Below are positions 10,018 through 20,033 of a stretch of 64,000 nucleotides of DNA, one piece after another. Below the pieces are notes generated by a model. That model saw nothing but the letters and a program-made list of their open reading frames with translations. It did not search any database and was not told the DNA's origin. Each line of letters starts with the position of its first letter. Position 1 is the stretch's first letter. The translations under genes were made by a program, and so were the position numbers. The DNA comes from a virus. Taxonomy: Duplodnaviria; Heunggongvirae; Uroviricota; Caudoviricetes. The stretch lies in IMG/VR virus record IMGVR_UViG_3300027798_000013. One strand, 5' to 3'.

Positions 10018-10597
10018 GATGAAACTGATATTTAGGAGTTAGTCCGGCATTGATGCCCGAGTGCCACTCTCTAAAATAATTCCATTCAAATAGTGTGCCT
10101 TGCGGGCTGGCAATAAAATAATCTTGTTCTTCTTTTCCTAAGTAAAAAATATGGCCATGTGTAGGCTTAGATATTGTACAAACAAATCGTCTCGGAGTAC
10201 CTTTCTCGAGCCATTTTCCTACCTTGTCTTCACCATCAAAGTGCCAAGGTGCCATAGTGCCGGGGTCCAGTCTACTAATCCATGATCTATGTACTCCGTT
10301 GAGTCCAAGATAAGTTGCAAGTTTACTAGTTAGTTCTCCTGAAAAACCAGTGCCCGGATAATAATTGCACCAGTTAATGGCGCCCATATTGAAATTAGCA
10401 TCTCTCCAGTTTTTAAATACGACAGACATTTCATTGCCGTCAGCTTCCATGGCTTCCCACTGTGGCCAATCGGTGGTTCCCGGTTGATGTATTTGTTCAG
10501 GTGCTCCAAGGGACTCAATTAATGAATTCCAATCTATATCGTTGTACGGTGCTAACAATTTACAATTTTTCATATAGCTTCCTATAAAAATTATCAA
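10004..10597 (-). CDS. cupin-fold putative oxygenase-like protein
   Basis: APWHFDGED...EWHSGIN pattern, similar to the other cupin ORFs. Confidence 0.4.
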   Translation of the reverse strand: MIIFIGSYMKNCKLLAPYNDIDWNSLIESLGAPEQIHQPGTTDWPQWEAMEADGNEMSVVFKNWRDANFNMGAINWCNYYPGTGFSGELTSKLATYLGLNGVHRSWISRLDPGTMAPWHFDGEDKVGKWLEKGTPRRFVCTISKPTHGHIFYLGKEEQDYFIASPQGTLFEWNYFREWHSGINAGLTPKYQFHLIGY

Positions 10598-11237
10598 ATG
10601 GACTGTTGGGCCATGTTGTATTTAGGTGATGCAACATAGTATTTTTAAAAAATATTCTAGAATCGAGATTTCCATCAGGAGTAGTAGCTTGTTTAAATCG
10701 TTCTGTAGAGTCACCGCCCATCATTTCTTTTATGTTCTCTAGTTTTATAAAGGGATCATACATGCTTGCACACGAATAGAAATCTATTGTTTTTATATTG
10801 TTGTTCCTATCTAAGAAGAAACAATGAGGATATAGTGCCATTTTATAACAATTGATATTTTTTAAATCACATAGCATTTGATAAATTTGTTCCTGCCAGG
10901 TAGGACATTCTTGGTCTAGATTTCGACCTCCAAATATAATATGATTTAGACTTTCCTGATGCCATTCTATAAAAATTTTATTGTCTTCTATTTCCAATAG
11001 CGTTGGGGCCCAACTATACCCTTGCATTTTTGTTAGGAATTCTACTTCGCGTTGAAAAAAGAAATCGATTAATTCTTTTGATAATTTTATGTCTGCTTGG
11101 TAAGGGCTGTTGTGATCCCATAACATACACATAATAGTTTGATCAGGATTTATTAATGGAGTGTACATTAGGTTTGTGGTACATGTTGAAACTCCGTTTA
11201 CTATTTTATACAAATATGTCCAGTTATCAATGTTCAT
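10560..11237 (-). CDS. hypothetical protein, paralog family A (member 2 of 2)
   Basis: Similar to ORF 3950..4651. Confidence 0.5.
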   Translation of the reverse strand: MNIDNWTYLYKIVNGVSTCTTNLMYTPLINPDQTIMCMLWDHNSPYQADIKLSKELIDFFFQREVEFLTKMQGYSWAPTLLEIEDNKIFIEWHQESLNHIIFGGRNLDQECPTWQEQIYQMLCDLKNINCYKMALYPHCFFLDRNNNIKTIDFYSCASMYDPFIKLENIKEMMGGDSTERFKQATTPDGNLDSRIFFKNTMLHHLNTTWPNSPFDNFYRKLYEKL

Positions 11238-11905
11238 ATAATTCTAAACTCCGCTGGCAACATATATTTCAAGATATCTAGTTTATCTTGCTCGATATTA
11301 AATTGTATTGTTAAATCACCTTGTGTAAAATTGTTTATGAATCCTGCTTTGTTTGCTTCATTCAACCAAGCACTCATTGTATTGTCAAACACATACCTGG
11401 CATGGTCGGGACTAAAGGAAGTGAATTGTCCAATGGCAACATCTACTGAATTTTTTAGTTTGTTATTTTTTAATAATTTTCTAACTACCAACTGTGTTCT
11501 AGGAGTACGTCCAAAGTTAGCGGCAGTGTGTAGAAATCCAGCATCCATATCATACCATATGCCATCTTGCAACATTGGATGCATTGTTTCTCTTACTAGG
11601 TCAATTAGATAGCTGTTGTCGCCGCGTATGTTCAAATGATAGCGATCGTCTATATCTGCATGAATTTGGTAACATTGATTGGATCCCAAATTTATTATCC
11701 TAGCTTGTCCCTTAGTTACTGGCAACGAATTGTAAATAGTTTCCCAAACTGTGCCCCTGTATTCATCCTTCAATGTCCACGGATCATAAAAGAAATCGCC
11801 TGTGGGTTGGTTAATGACTGTGGTTCTCATTTCGGTTATAGGCAATTGGTTACACGCCTCTTGCAATAAAACTGTATCGACTGTATAATTAGTTGGAGCT
11901 AGCAT
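11234..11905 (-). CDS. cupin-like hypothetical protein
   Basis: QIHADIDDRYHL motif (HxD...H). Confidence 0.4.
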   Translation of the reverse strand: MLAPTNYTVDTVLLQEACNQLPITEMRTTVINQPTGDFFYDPWTLKDEYRGTVWETIYNSLPVTKGQARIINLGSNQCYQIHADIDDRYHLNIRGDNSYLIDLVRETMHPMLQDGIWYDMDAGFLHTAANFGRTPRTQLVVRKLLKNNKLKNSVDVAIGQFTSFSPDHARYVFDNTMSAWLNEANKAGFINNFTQGDLTIQFNIEQDKLDILKYMLPAEFRII

Positions 11906-11945
11906 AGGAATATTTATGCGCTAGTATAACTCAGTTAAATACTTT

Positions 11946-13208
11946 ATGAATATAAATACTCCCACATTTTGTATGCATCCTTTTACAGGATTAGCTACCA
12001 GAGAAGATGGCGCTATACAAGTATGTTGTCGTAGTCATCCAATTGGTAACATACAAGATAACACTTTGGAAGAAATATGGAACGGGGATAACATGAAGCG
12101 TATTCGTAAGCAAGTGCTTACAGGTTGTAGACCATCAGAATGCGAGCCTTGTTTTAGATTAGAAGATCAAGGTGTAGAGAGTTTGAGACAGCGACACATC
12201 TCGGGTAAGATTCCCGAAGCCCGTATTAATCTATATCCAACGGCTGTTCAATCTATGAATAGTGATTATACCATGCCGTTTGAGATTCCTACCATGGAAC
12301 TTAAACTAAACAACTTGTGTAATCTTAAATGCCGTATGTGCCATCCGGGAGACAGTACCGCGTGGAATGATTGGGCGGAAGTTAAAGAGTTTTACAAAGG
12401 TGAAGGGCAAGTTATATTTGATATTGTTGAAGCACACAATTTAGAAAAGAAACCGTTACTGGATAAGTTTGAAGATAATCCCAATTGGTGGGCAAGTTTA
12501 GAAAAGAACTTGCCATACTTCCGCCGTGTTGAGTTTGCAGGGGGCGAACCCCTAATGGACCCACAGCACTATCGTATATTAGATATGCTTGCACCTTACA
12601 GTGATCAAATTGAAATCAAATATGCCACTAACTTAACTACGCTGGGCAAGAGTAATCGCACCGTGTGGCAATACTGGCCCAAGTTTAAAAGTGTTGCTGT
12701 TAATGTAAGTATTGACGGAATTGGCGCTAGTTACGAATATGTACGAGGTAATGCTAGTTGGTCAGAAGTAGTGAACAATATTAAACAAATACAAACTATA
12801 CCTAATGTAAGCCGCATAGTAGGTGCGGTAGCTGTGCAGGTTAGCAATGTACTCATATTAGATAAAATGATTGAACTGTTCCTCAACGATTTGGGAATTG
12901 TATTCTACACTAATATGGTACAGTATCCCAATGTGCTATCTGCACAGGTTATTCCTAACGAATTAAAATCGCTTGCTGTTATTAAATTAAAAGCGGTTAG
13001 AGAATTAGTTCCGACTTTTAAATTAGTAAAAGAACATCCAATGTTAGAAGCATTAACTTACAAACAGATTGACGGCATAATTAATTTTATACTAGCGAAG
13101 GATAACACACACTTATGGGATGATTGCATAGAGTATAATCGACGCTTAGATGTTACAAGACAACAGAGTTTCTTTGACGTGACTCCGGAATTTGCTTCTT
13201 ACGTATGA
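11946..13208 (+). CDS. radical SAM enzyme, large type with an N-terminal Cys-rich domain
   Basis: CNLKCRMCHP core. N-terminus reads FCMHPF...VCCRSHP...GCRPSECEPC. Paralog of ORFs 16744..18129 and 43940..45136. Confidence 0.8.
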   Translation: MNINTPTFCMHPFTGLATREDGAIQVCCRSHPIGNIQDNTLEEIWNGDNMKRIRKQVLTGCRPSECEPCFRLEDQGVESLRQRHISGKIPEARINLYPTAVQSMNSDYTMPFEIPTMELKLNNLCNLKCRMCHPGDSTAWNDWAEVKEFYKGEGQVIFDIVEAHNLEKKPLLDKFEDNPNWWASLEKNLPYFRRVEFAGGEPLMDPQHYRILDMLAPYSDQIEIKYATNLTTLGKSNRTVWQYWPKFKSVAVNVSIDGIGASYEYVRGNASWSEVVNNIKQIQTIPNVSRIVGAVAVQVSNVLILDKMIELFLNDLGIVFYTNMVQYPNVLSAQVIPNELKSLAVIKLKAVRELVPTFKLVKEHPMLEALTYKQIDGIINFILAKDNTHLWDDCIEYNRRLDVTRQQSFFDVTPEFASYV

Positions 13209-14032
13209 AAATAACAAATCTCGATCCTAAAAAATACAAACGATTTTTTGCATTTGGATGCAGTTTTACCAATTATCAATGGTTGACATGGGCTGATATT
13301 ATAGGACATGATATAGAGTATTATGAAAATTGGGGCAAGCCTGGCGCCGGCAATCATTTTATCTTTAACAGTGTAATAGAGGCCGATGCAAAGTATGGCT
13401 TTGGCAAGGACGATTTGATTATTATCTTTTGGAGCACAAAGGAAAGAGAAGATAGATATCACAACAATGCATGGTTGCGCGATACTCTTCAAACTCAAGA
13501 AAAAACATACGGCAAAGAATGGGCTAAAAAGTTCAGTACAGATACTAGAGGATTTTTAATAAGAGATTTAGCATACATGAAAGCCATTCAAACTATACTG
13601 GAAAATAAAGAATGCGATTGGGCTAATTTTGCATGGTATGAATTTTTTAACAGTGAACAATTAAGAAAATCATTTGAGAATTCTAAAAATAAAGAACCTC
13701 TATTAAAAATTTGGAAAGAGAAAAGCCAAGAAGTTTACAATGGAAAAGATATTGCTGATTTTTTTGATGATCGCGATGCTATTAAACTGTATCAGGATGT
13801 CTTTATCAAAATAGATGCCACTTATAAATGGTTCAATGATGGACGTATTAATTCTAGAGTTGTGCCTGATAACGATGTTCACCCTACGCCAGAAGAAGCA
13901 CTACAATTTTTAGACTGGGTATGGCCAAATAATACAATAAGCAATAACGCTAGGGAACTAGCAAAACAATGGCAACTAAAAATATTTGATACGTTTGATA
14001 CGTTTGATCGTAAACAAGCAAGTAGACTATGA
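13205..14032 (+). CDS. SGNH/GDSL-like hydrolase family protein
   Basis: FAFGCSFTNY (block I), GAGNHF (block III), DNDVHPTP (block V-like). Paralog of 14906..15751. Confidence 0.55.
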   Translation: MKITNLDPKKYKRFFAFGCSFTNYQWLTWADIIGHDIEYYENWGKPGAGNHFIFNSVIEADAKYGFGKDDLIIIFWSTKEREDRYHNNAWLRDTLQTQEKTYGKEWAKKFSTDTRGFLIRDLAYMKAIQTILENKECDWANFAWYEFFNSEQLRKSFENSKNKEPLLKIWKEKSQEVYNGKDIADFFDDRDAIKLYQDVFIKIDATYKWFNDGRINSRVVPDNDVHPTPEEALQFLDWVWPNNTISNNARELAKQWQLKIFDTFDTFDRKQASRL

Positions 14033-14925
14033 TTAAAGTAACCAGTCGTTGGCCGCATCAGGACAGCATCAAGATAGAATGGAATCTTGGTAAACGATGT
14101 AACTACGACTGTAGTTATTGCCCAGCAAGTATACATGATAACTCAAGCCCGCACACTGACATAGAGATTCTTAAATCCACTGTGGACAGACTAATGACAC
14201 TAGGCAAACCCATACGTCTTAGTTTTACTGGAGGCGAGCCGTGTGTTCATCCTAAGTTTAGTGAGCTAGTAAAATACTGTAAACATGTTGGCATTAGTTG
14301 GATCAGTGTGACAACTAACGGAACATTGCCTTATGAATTTTATTCAGTATTGGAAGCGGATCAAATTGTGTTCAGTATACATTTAGAGTTTGACTGGAGG
14401 CGTGTTTTTAATACTGTAGAAAGTGTAGTAGATTTAACCAACAAAAAAGTCATAGCACAAATAATGGCGCATCACGATTATATGGATGCTGTATTACAAT
14501 TACGTGCTAGATGCTTGTTAGCCCATATTCCTAATACTGTAAGACGTATACGATGGACTGAAGGCGACCACGATTTATTTGATGATATGCGTTATAACAC
14601 AAATGATTTAAACTGGCTCAATGAACAAGAAGCCACTGTGGACGGTAATTGTGTAATAGACGGTGAGCAAATAATACACGCTAACGATGTTATTAAATTG
14701 CACCTAAACAAATACAAAGATTGGACTTGCAACGCAGGTATAGAAAGTCTAATGATAAATTGGAACGGGGATGTACACAGAGCGACTTGTAGAGTCGGTG
14801 GTAGTCTTGGCAACATATATGAAGGCAACTTCGTTGCTCCTAGCGAACCTGTAACTTGTGACCGTAATTTCTGTACCTGCGCGGCTGACATTCCACTTAC
14901 AAAATATGCACATACAAACACTTAA
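14029..14925 (+). CDS. radical SAM enzyme, short type with a C-terminal Cys cluster (SPASM/twitch-like)
   Basis: CNYDCSYCP near the N-terminus. C-terminal CNAGIES...CRVGG...CDRNFCTC. Confidence 0.8.
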   Translation: MIKVTSRWPHQDSIKIEWNLGKRCNYDCSYCPASIHDNSSPHTDIEILKSTVDRLMTLGKPIRLSFTGGEPCVHPKFSELVKYCKHVGISWISVTTNGTLPYEFYSVLEADQIVFSIHLEFDWRRVFNTVESVVDLTNKKVIAQIMAHHDYMDAVLQLRARCLLAHIPNTVRRIRWTEGDHDLFDDMRYNTNDLNWLNEQEATVDGNCVIDGEQIIHANDVIKLHLNKYKDWTCNAGIESLMINWNGDVHRATCRVGGSLGNIYEGNFVAPSEPVTCDRNFCTCAADIPLTKYAHTNT

Positions 14926-15751
14926 CCCTTCCAAATACAAAAGACTATTTACTTTTGGATGCAGTTTTACACGATACCTTTGGCCAACTTGGGCAGACAT
15001 TCTTGCAGAAGATATACCATACTATGAAAACTGGGGTTGTGGTGGCGCGGGCAATCTTTATATTTCTAATGCTATTATGGAAGCCCACAATAGGCATACA
15101 TTTACTGAAGATGATTTGATTGTAGTCATGTGGAGTAACAAAAATAGAGAAGATCGATATGTGGATAACAAATGGATGTTAACTCCTGGAGCAATGCTAG
15201 AAGAACGTTACGGGGCTAAATGGATTAAAAAGTTTTACGATGATCGCGGATGCATGATTAGAGATCTAGCCTTGATTCAATCAACGCAACTTTTCTTGGA
15301 TACACTAGACAGTGATTGGATTAACATGTCTATCAATACGTTTGCCAACGGTGATATCGATAAAATAAAAAAAATCGCTCCTGCATACTTGGAAGGTAAT
15401 GCAGATTACCATCAAGAAATTATTGTTCCATTACATCAGGGTGTTATTTCAGACCTGTTTATAGATCGAGATGTTATTGACTGCTATAAAAATGTATTTT
15501 TAAAGTTACAGCCGTCTGTGCTTAATATGTTACAAGATACTAGTGAATACAAATTGCGAGGCCGTCCTAACAAAAGTGATGGACATCCTACTCCTGCTGA
15601 AATTTTAAAATATTTAGATTTAGTATTTCCGGGCAATACCATTAGTTCCAAAGCTAGAGCTTATGCAGAATCATTTGAAGAACAGATATGGTCCCAAAGA
15701 ACTACTACAGAGATTTTTGAATCTAGATCGCAAACAATCATTAGATTATAA
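14906..15751 (+). CDS. SGNH/GDSL-like hydrolase family protein
   Basis: LFTFGCSFTRY, GAGNLY, SDGHPTP. The homologous N-terminus places the start at the ATG at 14906. Confidence 0.55.
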   Translation: MHIQTLNPSKYKRLFTFGCSFTRYLWPTWADILAEDIPYYENWGCGGAGNLYISNAIMEAHNRHTFTEDDLIVVMWSNKNREDRYVDNKWMLTPGAMLEERYGAKWIKKFYDDRGCMIRDLALIQSTQLFLDTLDSDWINMSINTFANGDIDKIKKIAPAYLEGNADYHQEIIVPLHQGVISDLFIDRDVIDCYKNVFLKLQPSVLNMLQDTSEYKLRGRPNKSDGHPTPAEILKYLDLVFPGNTISSKARAYAESFEEQIWSQRTTTEIFESRSQTIIRL

Positions 15752-16747
15752 GTTTGTTAATTCAGGAAATTTTGTCTTAGTTAAATGTGTTTCTGGAATA
15801 CAGGTACAACACTCCATCTGGCACTTTGATTGTTTAAATTCCGGATTGAATATATCGATAAAGTTATTGTCTAAAATATTATATCTTTGATCAAATAGTG
15901 GCTGTCCACACGATCCTTGTATTACTCCGTCCCAGCTTACATAGATAGAATCCAAACCAATATTACAGTCCCAACCTTTAAAATTAGTCCATCCGCGGTT
16001 AACATACGTATTGGGTGTGGCCAGCACTGGAAGAAATTTATCTTCTAACCAGACAATACTTTCAAATATTTTCATAGACCCGTCAAAAATTAAATTATAA
16101 TTTTTTAAAAACCATGCTGGGTTTGGTAATCTTTTTAATTCCTTGGACATATAAGTCTTTTGTACTGTAGTATATGGAAGATATCCCACAACTTCTTTAG
16201 CTAGTATAAACCAAGGATATTTGCTGTGTGCTTTCATATACTCGATAGCATCAACACACGAGTCCCATATAGTTGGATCCATTAATACTAATATTGTTAC
16301 TTTTTTATTTAAAGAATACAGTATATCAGCAACGTCAATCATGTGGTCGATATCACCTTCTTTGACATGATGTGACAATGTTGCATTATCAATTAAGTGA
16401 CCATTTTCTTTCCACCAACGCAAAGTTCTTGATCCGTTTGATGTAACACTTACGTAGACATCGTTTGATTTTTTTATTTCTAAAATAACTTTATCTAAGT
16501 CTTTCCATAATGTTGGCTCTCCGCCGCCTATATCTAGATGAAATTTAGTTTTTCCTAATTTAGTATACTGATTAAACAAATGTCGAAAATTAGAAATTAC
16601 CATACTGGTATCAGTTGGTACTTTAAAGTTGCCTTCATTTGATCCAGGAAAACAATAATCACACTTGAAATTGCATACGTTACTGGGACTCCATCTTATG
16701 TTTAAAATATTAGTCTTGGCAAGAGATTTTATTTTAATCGGGTTCAT
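15746..16747 (-). CDS. radical SAM enzyme, short SPASM/twitch-like type
   Basis: CNFKCDYCFP. C-terminal CNIGLDS...CGQP...CQMECCTC. Confidence 0.8.
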   Translation of the reverse strand: MNPIKIKSLAKTNILNIRWSPSNVCNFKCDYCFPGSNEGNFKVPTDTSMVISNFRHLFNQYTKLGKTKFHLDIGGGEPTLWKDLDKVILEIKKSNDVYVSVTSNGSRTLRWWKENGHLIDNATLSHHVKEGDIDHMIDVADILYSLNKKVTILVLMDPTIWDSCVDAIEYMKAHSKYPWFILAKEVVGYLPYTTVQKTYMSKELKRLPNPAWFLKNYNLIFDGSMKIFESIVWLEDKFLPVLATPNTYVNRGWTNFKGWDCNIGLDSIYVSWDGVIQGSCGQPLFDQRYNILDNNFIDIFNPEFKQSKCQMECCTCIPETHLTKTKFPELTNL

Positions 16748-18129
16748 AGCAAGTGTTCTAATTCAGGAAATACTTCCCTAGCATCTACATTGCGAATAGC
16801 ATCCAAGTTAACAACATACTCTTTAAAGTCTGGCAACAAATGTGTATGATCTTCTGCTTGGATAAATTTTAAGATGCCCTCCCAACGTTTCCAACCGTAT
16901 GGATTATCTTTCCAAAAATTATCATCTTGCCTATAGTTTTCCCACAACCAGTTTTTAAAGTCAGAAAATTGTTGTACAATTTCTTCCTTGTCTGCTTGGG
17001 GTAAAATCCTAGCACTTAAAAATGTTGGTATGTATAACAAGTGTAAGTTGATGATGCCGCCACCAGTTTGGTATTCGTCAAGTGAAAATTTATTAATCTT
17101 TTTAAATCCTTGAGTCAGTTTCCATTTGGCAAAATCGATAATATGCTTAATGTTAAACACTTGCACCGCGCAGGCTATTGCACAATGTACATTATCCGGT
17201 GCGTTATCCATTAACCACAAGCTACGTTCTATATCAGCCCAGTCAGTTGGGTAGCGAATGTAATTGTTACGTTCCATAACAGCATCTATACTAAATGCAT
17301 ATCGAACTTGTTTGAATTGACTCCAAACACTGATAATATCCTCGTTGACAAATATGCCGTTACTGTTATAACGCAAACTGATATTCTTAGCATAGCCACG
17401 ACGAATGATTTCATCTAAAAAGCGTCTATGCTCTTTGATCATTAATGGCTCGCCACCTGCAAAGTACAATTGAGTTATGTTAGGAATCTGTTCAAACACA
17501 TCATCCCAAAACTCTGGTTTTTCATACCATGTGTTATTGAATGATGCTTTATCAAAGCCCACTTGGTGCAACACAATAGTGCTTTTTGTTTTGGCTACTA
17601 GCTTGTCATAGTCTTGTAACCAGCGACTACTGTCATGCGGACTGCACATAACGCATTTTAGGTTACAAGTATGTCCAAGTCTTAAATCCAAGTATCGTAT
17701 AACAGGAGGAACAGCACCAGTATTATCAGTGTCACTGATAAGTTTATTAAAATCAAGACCGTCACGATTCCACTCATACATTTCCCATAAGCGTTTGCTT
17801 ACGACTCCATTGGATTCTTCTTCGAAACATTTTGTACAGCTGGCAGGAACATTACCTGCCAGCATGGTTAATCTCACGCTACGCATATACTGATTGTTAA
17901 ATGCTTCCAAAGGAGTTTCACGACCAAAGTTCGCAGGAGACCCATCTTCTTTTTTGACTAGCCCCACAGTATGATCTCCTGTAGCCGCGCCGCTAGCATT
18001 AGTGACACAACACAATCTAGCATCACCGTTAGGGCGTGTGGCCAAATGAATCCAGGGCAGAGCGCAGAAAGTCTTGCTTCCTGTCTTTTCTTCGATTAAT
18101 TTTACATAACCTTGTATCTTATCCTGCAT
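16744..18129 (-). CDS. radical SAM enzyme, large type with an N-terminal Cys-rich domain
   Basis: CNLKCVMCSP. N-terminus FCALPW...LCCVT...SCTKCFEEE. Confidence 0.8.
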   Translation of the reverse strand: MQDKIQGYVKLIEEKTGSKTFCALPWIHLATRPNGDARLCCVTNASGAATGDHTVGLVKKEDGSPANFGRETPLEAFNNQYMRSVRLTMLAGNVPASCTKCFEEESNGVVSKRLWEMYEWNRDGLDFNKLISDTDNTGAVPPVIRYLDLRLGHTCNLKCVMCSPHDSSRWLQDYDKLVAKTKSTIVLHQVGFDKASFNNTWYEKPEFWDDVFEQIPNITQLYFAGGEPLMIKEHRRFLDEIIRRGYAKNISLRYNSNGIFVNEDIISVWSQFKQVRYAFSIDAVMERNNYIRYPTDWADIERSLWLMDNAPDNVHCAIACAVQVFNIKHIIDFAKWKLTQGFKKINKFSLDEYQTGGGIINLHLLYIPTFLSARILPQADKEEIVQQFSDFKNWLWENYRQDDNFWKDNPYGWKRWEGILKFIQAEDHTHLLPDFKEYVVNLDAIRNVDAREVFPELEHLL

Positions 18130-18967
18130 TTTCTAAATACCTCAATAAAGGGCTTACACCAACTGGACAATTATCTCGCATAGCAATATGTATAGCCGGA
18201 GTAGGAGTCAAGTTGAAATCCTGGCATATCTTAAAATAGTTATCCCCGTGTGTGTTCCACAAGTAATCTGATTTGAAATTTGATAAGAAATGATTTGCTA
18301 TCATGACCGGTGCTCGAAGTAACATGTGAAAATCATTCATTATGCTAATGCTGTCTGGCTGTGTGTGTTTTGTCCATCGTAGCCCTACACGATTCCATCC
18401 TAGGCCCAGTCCTTTACTCAAGCTAATACCTACACTGCGGATTGATGGATGAGATAAATCAAAGTTGATTCCGCGACAGCAAGTAAGCCAAGCGCCATCC
18501 ACATGTACACCGATTCCCTTGTCTTGCGCTTCATCTAATACTTCCTCCATATTGATATGTACTGCGCCAGTGCTAGGAAACGGCATGGCAATTACTAGTG
18601 GTATATTTTCTCGTAACAGTCCTGGTCTAGTTCCCTGGTTACCTAGCCTATCGTGATATCTGTAATCATCAACAAGCACTTGTGGCTGGCATTGCATATA
18701 GATATTGTCAATGTATTGCGTACATCCTTGCATAATATCTATTCTGTCAAAAGTATCCAGTCCGGCTATATTATTAAGTGTACTGTTCTCTAACCAGTTA
18801 GACATGATTTCTTTAAAATCAACATAGACATTGTCCGATATATCTTTGTCCAGGGTTCCATCCAGCACTTCTTGTATAGTTTCTTCTATCAAGTTGTCAC
18901 TAAGAGGTTGCGGGCGTTCAGTTTCTAACCAGCGATCGGAATAGTTGGTTGCTATTTTAATTCTCAT
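18119..18967 (-). CDS. putative PLP-dependent (fold-type I aminotransferase-like) enzyme
   Basis: GVHVDGAW...SLSKGLG resembles the Asp/Lys PLP-binding region. Weak call. Confidence 0.4.
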   Translation of the reverse strand: MRIKIATNYSDRWLETERPQPLSDNLIEETIQEVLDGTLDKDISDNVYVDFKEIMSNWLENSTLNNIAGLDTFDRIDIMQGCTQYIDNIYMQCQPQVLVDDYRYHDRLGNQGTRPGLLRENIPLVIAMPFPSTGAVHINMEEVLDEAQDKGIGVHVDGAWLTCCRGINFDLSHPSIRSVGISLSKGLGLGWNRVGLRWTKHTQPDSISIMNDFHMLLRAPVMIANHFLSNFKSDYLWNTHGDNYFKICQDFNLTPTPAIHIAMRDNCPVGVSPLLRYLENAG

Positions 18968-20033
18968 GTACTACCTGATCTCTTGATTTTCCAAAATCAT
19001 TTATTGGTGCGCGACCACACATCCTGGCACAGGTTATTAAACTGCGTTTGTCCCAGTACTCGTACCACAAGTGTTGATAGCTATCGGACTCTATGATATC
19101 TTTTACGCCAAGTGCTACAGCGTTCAAATTGCCAATGCCGCCAAACGCTTCAACTATATCATGATATTGTGATAACATTTCATATCGCACTTCAGCGGCA
19201 TCATTTTTATCTATAAAGGTATACGGCGCACTTGCTATCCAACAACATGGAAATACATTCTTAAATGCATCTATATATACTGCTCGCTGATTTAGTGCTT
19301 GACAATCAATAACCGATTCGGATACTATTTGCTTGTAAGCATTAATAGCATTCTTGTCGATAAACTTTAAGGGAGTATCGGATGCTGGCTCGATTATATG
19401 TGTGACATTTCCATTCTTATCTAATACATCTACTTTAGGCTCGAGTAGGAAACGAGAACTGTTTTTCATAACAAAACTGGCAAAACCTAGATCCTTGCTC
19501 ATCTGCCTAGCTTTTTCTACTTGATCTTGGTTGTGTTTGAATCTGATAAAACACCATTCAGCAGTTCCGCCGGCGGCAATAAATGCCTTGGCATTTTCTA
19601 TTATATTTTCAAAACTTGTTCCAATACGGTAGACGTTGTGTGTATCACTAAGTCCATCTAACGCAAATACTACTGTGTGGATTTTTGGTAATGCTTTGGC
19701 CAAGTCACTCCACCAGCTGGTAGTTCTAGCACTGCCGTTAGTGTGTATACGCACATTGAGATTGGGATTGGTTTCTGTAGAATATCTACACATGTCGATC
19801 AGTTGTTTGTTCAATATAGGATCTCCAAAATTCCCACAAAAGAAAAAACCGTTTATTTGATTAAGTACTTCGGGAGTCATAATAGTTTTGAAATCTTCCA
19901 AAGACCAATCATTTAATTTTATTAAAGGATTCTCCAAGCCGCCACTACGATTGCGCGAACACATGGGACAACTGGCTTGGCAGTTGTTGGTAATCTCTAA
20001 ATGTACATCTAATAACTCGTTAAAGTGAAACAT
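18957..20033 (-). CDS. radical SAM enzyme
   Basis: CQASCPMCSR at the N-terminus, IHTNGS, FALDGLSDTHNVYR. C-terminal Cys-rich segment. Confidence 0.75.
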   Translation of the reverse strand: MFHFNELLDVHLEITNNCQASCPMCSRNRSGGLENPLIKLNDWSLEDFKTIMTPEVLNQINGFFFCGNFGDPILNKQLIDMCRYSTETNPNLNVRIHTNGSARTTSWWSDLAKALPKIHTVVFALDGLSDTHNVYRIGTSFENIIENAKAFIAAGGTAEWCFIRFKHNQDQVEKARQMSKDLGFASFVMKNSSRFLLEPKVDVLDKNGNVTHIIEPASDTPLKFIDKNAINAYKQIVSESVIDCQALNQRAVYIDAFKNVFPCCWIASAPYTFIDKNDAAEVRYEMLSQYHDIVEAFGGIGNLNAVALGVKDIIESDSYQHLWYEYWDKRSLITCARMCGRAPINDFGKSRDQVVHEN

